Shown here piece by piece: positions 52,401 to 64,000 of a stretch of 64,000 nt of DNA. The notes under the pieces were generated by a model. That model had not been told where the DNA came from. It was given only the letters and a program-made list of their open reading frames with translations, and did not search any database. Made by a program: the position numbers and the translations under genes. The first letter of the stretch is position 1, and the number at the start of each line of letters is the position of its first letter. The DNA is from the human T2T-CHM13v2.0 reference genome, Homo sapiens: assembly GCF_009914755.1 (NCBI RefSeq), contig NC_060930.1. The stretch is one strand, 5' to 3'.

Positions 52401-53833
52401 ATTGACTTGGACATCATTCTGATGCTTGGAGACTTCCTTTTCAGTTTTGCTATTGTTTGTGTGGAGCTGCCTTTATTCTAAGAATATACTAATTCTACTC
52501 CTAAAGTATGGCTTTTCCTGGGTCTCTACTGAATGCCCAAGATGTTCAGTGAAGTCTCTCTCCTCTGTGTGGTCCAAACTCCAATATCCCTTAGTGCTAT
52601 TTGAGCTCTGTCATGTTTATTGAGCTCACTGTTCCATTGTAGTTGCTGCTCTTCCGTAGATGTTCTTTGCCCTACTTTCTTGTGGATCTATTTTCTGTGT
52701 ACATGCAGCTTCATGTTTAGCCAATGACTCGAGGAGATTTCTATGCATATTTCTAGAACTCCTTTCCTCCACAAATCTGTTCTCATTGTTAGCAGGCCTA
52801 GAAAATCCTAGCCACCTGAATAATCCCAAACTCCAATGTCCCTCCTCTGTTCAGCAAGATGGCTACAGTTTTTTTTGGGCTCCATCTCCTGCCCTTCAGT
52901 GCAGGAAGGGTCTCCAGGAAGAAAACCAGTGCATCTGTTGAGTTGATCTCATTGTTCTCTCTCTCGCAATTCCCTTGGTCCTCTACCATCTATTGTCCAA
53001 CAAGCGGAAATCATTTTTTCTTGTCTTTGGTAGTCACTTATGTGTGAAAGACTGGCCATGGTGTGGTCAGACCCCAGCTTCTGTCTATCTTCCCGCACTT
53101 TTTATTGTTTAGCATCTGTCTCATTTCTTACTTTCATCTGCCTTCCTGCCTTTGCTTCTCTCTTCCTGGCAACCCGTATTCCTTCAGACCACTGGTGCTC
53201 AGGACCCAGGGTGTTTCTACCCGTTGGAATAGACATAGATATAGAAAAAGATAGATTCGCCTTTCCATAGATATGCACATATCATTTACTTGTGAGCCAA
53301 GACAGAAAAGGCCAACACAACCTTCACTTCAGGAATTGGAGATTAGAATTATAGAATTTCAAGGGGTAAAGATCACATTGACCTTTAGTGAGTGTTGTTG
53401 AAGCTGACTCTGTCTAAACATTCTGATTTTCCATTATTGTGGCCTCACCACCGCCAGATATTCTCCTGATTTTATCAAACTCTCAGGAAAGAGAGCCAGC
53501 TTAACATTTCTCTTCAATCATACTCTTTGCTCAAAGTAATGTTTCTCAGACATTTTGCCATGCATTCTATGTGTGAGAAAAATTTAATCATAAGAAGTTA
53601 GCTTGACGCACACCTTTTCTAAGACAAATTTTACTTGGACCTTGTTTTGCTTACTGTAAGATTAATGACATACGCATTTGGGTAGTTTTCTGTGGTCCTA
53701 TTATGTTGATGTGGTGTCATAGATGACCAAGCTTGGCAGGTCCTTCCTGTGACAGTGGTGGAGTACGTGCCTCGATAACTCTGTCCATCACCATGGTAGC
53801 AATCCTGGACCACATGGCTTTGCTCAGGTGCTG
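3789..53833 (-). CDS. LPA: Apolipoprotein(a), partial spliced CDS (19 exons in window: KIV-1 plus KIV-2 repeats); gene extends beyond both window ends
   Basis: Spliced translation [22 protein letters not shown]...[78 protein letters not shown] matches apo(a) KIV-1/KIV-2. Alternating 160/182-bp exons (342 nt = 114 aa per kringle) keep the frame. Confidence 0.98.
5156..5337 (-). CDS. LPA: KIV-2 copy 8 exon 2 (182 bp)
   Basis: ttccag/TGGCTTGATC...GAACAAG/gtaagg; encodes [11 protein letters not shown]...YCNLTQC...EAPSEQ. Confidence 0.97.
7576..7601. repeat. (TG)13 microsatellite, U2
   Basis: Counted directly. Confidence 0.95.
9334..9493 (-). CDS. LPA: KIV-2 copy 8 exon 1
   Basis: Same sequence as 3789-3948, AG/GT intact. 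Confidence 0.97.
10701..10882 (-). CDS. LPA: KIV-2 copy 7 exon 2
   Basis: Same sequence as 5156-5337, AG/GT intact. Confidence 0.97.
13122..13159. repeat. (TG)19 microsatellite, U3
   Basis: Counted directly. Confidence 0.95.
14890..15049 (-). CDS. LPA: KIV-2 copy 7 exon 1
   Basis: Same 160-bp exon, AG/GT intact. Confidence 0.97.
16257..16438 (-). CDS. LPA: KIV-2 copy 6 exon 2
   Basis: Same 182-bp exon, AG/GT intact. Confidence 0.97.
18678..18711. repeat. (TG)17 microsatellite, U4
   Basis: Counted directly. Confidence 0.95.
20444..20603 (-). CDS. LPA: KIV-2 copy 6 exon 1
   Basis: Same 160-bp exon, AG/GT intact. Confidence 0.97.
21811..21992 (-). CDS. LPA: KIV-2 copy 5 exon 2
   Basis: Same 182-bp exon, AG/GT intact. 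Confidence 0.97.
24232..24271. repeat. (TG)20 microsatellite, U5
   Basis: Counted directly. Confidence 0.95.
26002..26161 (-). CDS. LPA: KIV-2 copy 5 exon 1
   Basis: Same 160-bp exon, AG/GT intact. Confidence 0.97.
27369..27550 (-). CDS. LPA: KIV-2 copy 4 exon 2
   Basis: Same 182-bp exon, AG/GT intact. Confidence 0.97.
29786..29817. repeat. (TG)16 microsatellite, U6
   Basis: Counted directly. Confidence 0.95.
31550..31709 (-). CDS. LPA: KIV-2 copy 4 exon 1
   Basis: Same 160-bp exon, AG/GT intact. Confidence 0.97.
32917..33098 (-). CDS. LPA: KIV-2 copy 3 exon 2
   Basis: Same 182-bp exon, AG/GT intact. Confidence 0.97.
35338..35363. repeat. (TG)13 microsatellite, U7
   Basis: Counted directly. 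Confidence 0.95.
37096..37255 (-). CDS. LPA: KIV-2 copy 3 exon 1
   Basis: Same 160-bp exon, AG/GT intact. Confidence 0.97.
38463..38644 (-). CDS. LPA: KIV-2 copy 2 exon 2
   Basis: Same 182-bp exon, AG/GT intact. Confidence 0.97.
40884..40909. repeat. (TG)13 microsatellite, U8
   Basis: Counted directly. Confidence 0.95.
42640..42799 (-). CDS. LPA: KIV-2 copy 2 exon 1
   Basis: Same 160-bp exon, AG/GT intact. Confidence 0.97.
44007..44188 (-). CDS. LPA: KIV-2 copy 1 exon 2
   Basis: Same 182-bp exon, AG/GT intact. Confidence 0.97.
46427..46452. repeat. (TG)13 microsatellite, U9
   Basis: Counted directly. Confidence 0.95.
48183..48342 (-). CDS. LPA: KIV-2 copy 1 exon 1
   Basis: Same 160-bp exon, AG/GT intact. 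Confidence 0.97.
49550..49731 (-). CDS. LPA: KIV-1 exon 2 (same sequence as KIV-2 exon 2)
   Basis: First exon-2-type exon downstream of the KIV-1 exon 1; 182 bp, AG/GT intact. Confidence 0.96.
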
Positions 53834-54520
53834 CTAAAATTAAAACAGAAGAAATCAAGCTGAATAGTTCTTAGAACAGAAAAAAATGTGAAGTCATTTA
53901 TGACACAAACAGGAAAAAGTCTCTGAGAATTACGACCATTCTCTTCTCTTGATTAGCAGGCAGACAGACGTGCAAAAAACCAAAGGAATAGATTCATATC
54001 ATTCTAGAACTTTATTTAATTCTTAGAAATATTTTATTTAAAAGTTTAGAGGAAGTTAACATATCAGAATTCTTCTCACCAGAAACTATGCTCATGTGCA
54101 AGCTCTTTTTTAGAAATCTCTTCTTAATGTTCATGAGGACCACAGGACAGGAGAGATCAGAGGGAGATACATTTGGCACTGCAAGCTGTAGGTGGTGATG
54201 GGCTGTCAGGGTCAAATATGAAAACCTTGCACAATTCCCTAGACCACTGCTCAGAAAAGCCAAAGCCTTAAGTTTCTGGGCAATGAGGGGAGAAAAATGG
54301 TTTTGCATCTAGCACCGCAGGCAAAGCCCTTCACTTCTCAGGGATAGGTAGATGATCAAATCTTATTTCCTTGGAGGAGAGACTGGAAATTTTCTTGTGC
54401 CCAGCATCCTGCATTGCAACATAGCAGACGTCTGCTACTCTTTCTCTCCAAACCCACCACAGGTTCAAGTTCCATCCAAATAAGGCACAAGAATACTGAG
54501 AATGCATTCCCTTCAAAGCC
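50206..54520. repeat. Diverged paralog of the KIV-2 unit (KIV-1 introns), collinear with U1 positions ~270-4640
   Basis: Collinear landmarks with frequent substitutions and indels, e.g. gctctacctttccca, gattgctctaggatttgcaatatccct, cccttcaaagcc. Confidence 0.93.
53674..53833 (-). CDS. LPA: KIV-1 exon 1 (160 bp; end of signal peptide and mature N-terminus)
   Basis: ttttag/CAGCACCTGAG...CCAAATGC/gtatgt; encodes (A)[53 protein letters not shown], distinct from KIV-2 exon 1. Confidence 0.96.
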
Positions 54521-54539
54521 CTGCAGAACCTGACTAAGA

Positions 54540-56815
54540 CTGAAGTGGCTCCAGGAGATACAGCATTTGTTTATTTCCACCAAAGATTGAGCATTCATTA
54601 AGAAGAAACAGCAGTTTCAATGGGGTTAGATTATATGTATGAAGATATCCCCTCTGTAGTGCAGGCATGCAGTGACTGCTAAAATCTAATAATAGATAGG
54701 AACACTGAGAAAATTCTTCCACACCCCAGGCCCCACTCTAAGCAAAAGATAGCAGCAACCCATCACTGGAGGAATTTAAACCTGTGGTGCATTTAAGATA
54801 AAAGCAACAAGCACAAATGCCAAATTCAGTTCAACCAGTTACTAGGTTGACTCAATTGACCACAAAACATATTTTCAACAGAAGATGGGTGCCCATTTCA
54901 AAGCATAAATAATATTTACTGCAATCTCTACTGTTCCTCCATTTATGATACCCAGTGTTTGATTAAACAATTACAAGACACACCAAAAGCTGAAGAGGGA
55001 AGATAAGTCACTGTTAAATAATAAAGCAATCAAGACAGACAGACTCAGAAAAGACACCATCTGGAAACTATCAGTTTGGGTTTGTATGATACCTATGTTA
55101 ATATGTTAAAGAATCTTGTGGTAAAGGTGGACAATATCCATGGATAGGGGGAGAATTTCAGCAAAGAGATGGAAACTATAGAAAAGAGTAACATGAAAAT
55201 GCTAGGAAGAGATTTATAATATCAGAGATGAAGAATTCTCTGAATGCACTGAGGAGTCAATTAGACACAACTAACAAAATAATCCATAAACTTGAACATA
55301 GTCTACTAGAACTTATCCAAACCAACACAGATACAAAAAAAGAGTTCCTGACAAAAAAAAAAAAGCAGAAGAAGCATATAAGGTTTATGAAGCAATATGA
55401 ATGATCTAACATTTGAATACTTACAGTCCAAAAAGAAGAATACAGAGAGAGAGAAGTGAAAAAAAAAACAAAACAGTAGAATAGATAATGGCTATGAATT
55501 TTACAAAAACAATAAAAATCAACAATCTGCAAATCCAAGGAGCTCAGGAAACCTCAAGCAGAATAAATACAAAAAGTTAATAATAAACAAATTATAGTCA
55601 AACTGTTGAAAAACAAAGATGAGAATATCTTAAAGGCAGTCAGAGAAAAAGGAACTATTGAATACAAAGAAACAAAGATCAGATTTCTAGTCAGAAACTA
55701 TTCAAAACGGAATATAATGGAACATCATTGTTAAAATGATACAAGGAATGAAACTCTCAACCCAGTATCTATACTCAGCAAAATCACTTTTAAAAACTGA
55801 AGGCAAAATAAAGACTTCTTCAGACAAAGAAAAGCTGAAAGACAACAGCAACAGCAGTCCCGTGCTATAAGAAATGCTAAAGGTTGTTTTTCACAGAAAG
55901 AATGTGACTCCAGATGGAAATTGGGATCTACTGTAAAAGATAAGGAGCACCAGAAATGGTAAAATAAAGAAATTATTCAAAATATTTGTAGTCATAATCA
56001 CTTTAAAAAACAACTGATTATTCAGGGTAAAAATAGTGTCAATGTATTATGAGAGCTATAACATAATAGAAGTAAGCCTCTATTACAAAGAGCAATAGCA
56101 CAACATTTTGAGAGGGAGGAAGGAGAAGTGCAATGATGTAAGATTTCTATATATCCAGTATAATTCTGTCATTTGAAGGTGGAATGTGAAAAAATCAAAG
56201 TATATATTATAAACATTGTGGAAAATACTAAAACCATTAAAAATTAATTTAATAAGTAAGTCGTGGAGATAAACTCAATATAAATGAAGGCAGAAAAATA
56301 TGAAAAAAGGAACAAAGTTTAAATGGGACAAAGAGAAATAACCAACTTAATGGTAGATTTAAATTTAATCCTATTAACAACTACTTTAATGCAAATGGTC
56401 TGAACATCTCAATTTAAAAGCTGAGAAAAAGATATACAAATACTAGTGAAAATAGAGCTGTGAAGGCTGTATTCATATCAGCACAAATAGACTTCAGAAC
56501 AACGAATACTTCCAGAGATAAGAAGAAACATTACATAATGATAAAGGTCATCATCAAGAAGACCTAACAATCCAAATACACATGCCTAACAACAGAGCTT
56601 CAAAATATATAAAACAGAGTTACAATCTAAAAGAGAAATAGACTAATCTAGAGTTAAAGTTGGACACATCACCATTAATCCTCAGTAGTCAATAAAAAAA
56701 GAGAAAGACAAGCAGTAAGGATACAGAAGAACACCAGCAACCAACTTCACCTAAACGACCTTGAGAGAACACCCCGCTCAACAACAGAAGAAGACAGTCT
56801 TTTGAAGAGTACATG
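54540..56815 (+). mobile_element. Old L1 (L1M-type) fragment: ORF1 remnant and start of ORF2 endonuclease; boundaries approximate
   Basis: A-rich plus strand; L1-like motifs aatttcagcaaagagatggaaacta, atcttaaaggcagtcagagaaaa, aatgcaaatggtctgaac, acatgcctaacaacagagcttcaaaatat. Confidence 0.8.
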
Positions 56816-56824
56816 AAAGTGAGT

Positions 56825-57216
56825 TTTAGAACTCAATAATGAGTTCTGAAGTTGAATCAGTAATTAAAAACCTACACCAGAAAAACCCCTGGACCAGAGA
56901 GATTCCTAGCCAAAGTATACCAGTCATATAAAGAAGAGCTGATATCAAGCCTCCTGAAACAATTCCAAAAGATAAAAGAGGACAGACTAACTCATTCTAT
57001 GAGGTCGTCATCATTCTGATATGGAACAACAAAAAAAGAAAACTTCAAGCCAATATCCTTGATGAACACAGATGCAAAAATTCTCAATAAAATACCAGCA
57101 ATTGAATCCAAGAGTACATCAAAAAGCTAATCCACCACAATCAAGTAGGTTTTATTCCTGGGATATAAGGTTGGTTCAATGTATACAAATCAATAAATGA
57201 GATTAATGACATAAAT
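56825..57216 (+). mobile_element. L1 ORF2 (RT-region) fragment, ending at the HERV-L 3' LTR
   Basis: ctggaccagagagattc, aactcattctatgagg, gaaaacttcaagccaatatccttgatgaacacagatgcaaaaattctcaataaaatac, caagtaggttttattcctggg are recognisable L1 ORF2 segments. Confidence 0.9.
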
Positions 57217-57998
57217 TGTATTAGTCAGGGTTCTCTAGAGGGACAGAACTAATAGGATATATATATATTTTATATATATTATATATAATATATATTATAT
57301 ATAATATATAATATATATTATATATTATATTATATATAATATATATTATATATTATATTATATATAATATATATTATATATTATATTATATATAATATAT
57401 ATTATATATTATATTATATATAATATATATTATATATTATATTATATATAATATATATTATATATTATATTATATATAATATATATTATATATTATATTA
57501 TATATAATATATATTATATATTATATTATATATAATATATATTATATATTATATTATATATAATATATATTATATATATTATATATAATATAATATATTA
57601 TATGTATATAAAGGGGATCTTATTAAGTAGTATTAACTCAGCGGATCACAAGGTTCCACAACAGGCCCTCTGCAAGCTGAGGAGCAAGAAAGCCAGTCCA
57701 ACTCCCAACGCTGAAGAACTTGGAGTCCGATGTTCAAGAGCAGGAAGCATTTGGCACAGGAGAAAGATGTAGGCTGGGAAGCTAATTCAGTCTAGTCTTT
57801 TCACATTTTTCTCCCTGCTTTACAATCTGGCCACACTGGAACTTGATTAGATGGTGTGTACCCAGATTAAGGGTGGGTCTGCCTTCCCAGCCCACTGACT
57901 CAAATGTTAATCTCCTTTTGCCACACCCTCACAGACATAACCGAGATTAATACTTTGCATCTTTCAATCCAATCAAGTTGACAGTATTAACCATCACA
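57217..57998 (-). mobile_element. MLT2A-type LTR (3' LTR of HERV-L), enlarged by an AT expansion
   Basis: Termini tgtattagtcagggttctctagagggacagaac ... caagttgacagtattaaccatcaca (TG...CA) match the MLT2A ends as I recall them; paralogous to 62321-62687. Confidence 0.9.
57257..57603. repeat. 347-bp pure A/T tract including ~8-9 copies of a 28-bp unit TATATAATATATATTATATATTATATTA
   Basis: No G or C between 57257 and 57603; 28-bp periodicity read directly. Confidence 0.95.
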
Positions 57999-62320
<4,322 letters not shown>

Positions 62321-62361
62321 TGTATTAGTCGGGGTTCTCTAGAGGGACAGAACTAATAGAT

Positions 62362-62397
<36 letters not shown>

Positions 62398-62687
62398 TAT
62401 ATGTATATATGTGTATATATAGTGAGTATACCTATATCTATCTATAGATATAGATATACTCACACAAAGGGGAGCTTATTAAGTGGTATTAACTCACAAG
62501 ATTACAAGGTCCCATAATAGGCCACCTGCAATCTGAGGAGCAAGGAAGACAGTCCAAGTCCCACAGCTGAAGAACTTGGAGTCCGATGTTCAAGAGCAGG
62601 AAGGATCCAGCACAGGAGAAAGATGTAGGCTGGGAGGCTAAGCCAGTCTAGCCTTTTTACATTTTTCTGCCAGCTTTATATTCTGGC
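62321..62687 (-). mobile_element. MLT2A-type 5' LTR, truncated at its 5' (right-hand) end
   Basis: Starts tgtattagtcggggttctctagagggacagaac; aligns to the 3' LTR until ttctggc (~62687). The adjacent internal sequence on the minus strand, gattttcataccagaagtgg, is a degenerate Leu-tRNA PBS. Confidence 0.88.
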
Positions 62688-62689
62688 TC

Positions 62690-63350
62690 TACAGCTTGGG
62701 GGCAGCAGGGGCAGGGGCCTCAGGGTGCTTGCAGGGATGACACACTGGCCTCTTTTCCATAGGGTGGCTGGGGCACACTGGGGTGTGAGTAAAGCACTCA
62801 GGATCTTTTTTCCTTCCCTAGTCCAAGTACAGCAAGGGCAGTATGACTGCAGTGTTAGTGGCAGAAGGACTTTCAGTCACCTCTGGGAGCTTCACCCCAC
62901 AAAAACACAGAGTGCAGCCAGTGGAAATGTTCAACTGAGTTCGAGGTGCCTGCACTGTGGGCCCAAGCCAGGAGCCTTGCCTGGTGAAGAGTAGCAGGTG
63001 AAAGCTCACAAGAAAGAGAAACTGGAATTCTTTCCCTGCTGTGTGCTGGAGGTGTCAGGGAAGTGGCCAGGTCCCTTCTTTCTCAAGCCCAAGGGCATTA
63101 ACGGTGGTACTGCTGCAGCTGAAATGGCAGAGGGGCTGTGGGTTGTCTCTTGGATTTCCTCCCCAGAGAAGCACAGAGCCAACACTGACTAAAATGTTCA
63201 GGCAGGGCCAGGGTGGCTGTGCTCTGCCCAGTGAGGAATAGTAGGGGCAGGGACCAGTGCAGAAAACAGTGTGGCCACTTTTCCATAAGGCAGCTACACT
63301 GTGCTGGAGGTCCGTGAGAGTCCTGAAGCTCCTCGCTCCCTCCTGAGCCC
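62690..63350 (-). mobile_element. Probable GC-rich 5' region of an old L1 (L1PB/L1M-like)
   Basis: GC-rich, CpG-depleted sequence resembling L1 5' UTR; family recognised only loosely. Confidence 0.4.
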
Positions 63351-63589
63351 ATACTTTAATCTCAAGAGTTTGAGATAAACAGTGGTAAGGAAGAAAGTAC
63401 AACGGGTACGGCTAATGAAACCCAGGAAGATAAGTCAATGCGTAGAAGTAATTCCAACCTAAAGAAATACTTTTTAAAAATCATATTTATAGAGGTTTGC
63501 AGTGATACTAAAGACAATATTGCAAATCATTATTAAGAATACAAGAAGTACAATGTTTCTTGTTTCTTTAACACCTGTGATACAGGTGT

Positions 63590-63940
63590 TTGATATGAAT
63601 TCTACGTAATGGCTGCATTGCTTCTTGCCACCACCCAAAGAAGGTTGTATAGCACTCAGATGTATACTAACTGCAACCGTGTATCTCTTAGGAATTTCTC
63701 CTTTGCCCTCTTCCCTCCCTATCAGCATGTATCTAGCAGCATTCTGAAAAGTTAACTGCACAGTGAGCGACTGCTGGGCATCTTAGGGGGCATTCTTTTC
63801 TACCTAGGTATTCCCCCTCCTCCACTCATGTCTAGCATGCAGGACTTGGGTAATCTCTGGGGTTTCAGATTCTCCAGACCTCCATTCTCTCAGGGGCTTC
63901 CACCTCCTGCTCATATCTAGCTATCTGCCTAGTCTAACCA
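63590..63940 (-). mobile_element. Probable ERV1 MER4-group LTR fragment (MER66-like)
   Basis: Minus strand begins ttagactaggcagatagctagatatgagcaggaggtggaagcccctgag, similar to MER4-group LTR starts as I recall them. Confidence 0.45.
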
Positions 63941-64000
63941 TAAAATCTTAAATAAGAATAAATCATGTTTGCTCTTGATTGCCATGTCATGATAAAAAAA

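Overview
Primate (protein matches human) LPA / apolipoprotein(a) locus, gene on the minus strand. Positions 1-50205 are the KIV-2 tandem array: about 9 near-identical units of 5543-5558 bp, each with a 160-bp and a 182-bp kringle exon with canonical GT-AG sites. Read in gene direction the window holds KIV-1 exon 1 (53674-53833), KIV-1 exon 2 (49550-49731, identical to the KIV-2 exon 2), 8 complete KIV-2 kringles and the first exon of a ninth. Positions 50206-54520 are the diverged KIV-1 paralogous intron sequence. Positions 54540-64000 are the intron upstream of KIV-1: old L1 fragments, a sense-oriented, internally deleted HERV-L provirus with MLT2A LTRs (nested Alu, 347-bp pure-AT tract, truncated 5' LTR) and further repeat remnants. 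Almost all ORFs in the track are spurious. I see no new gene system; this is a well-known locus. The points worth a second look are an apparent dimeric higher-order pattern and mosaic haplotypes among KIV-2 units, a CpG excess in KIV-2 introns relative to the KIV-1 paralog, sharp homogenisation boundaries, and the regulatory state of the intronic HERV-L LTRs. Units are called U1-U9 left to right, using the recurring 64-aa ORF start as anchor (64, 5607, 11153, 16709, 22263, 27821, 33369, 38915, 44458). All comparisons were made by eye.
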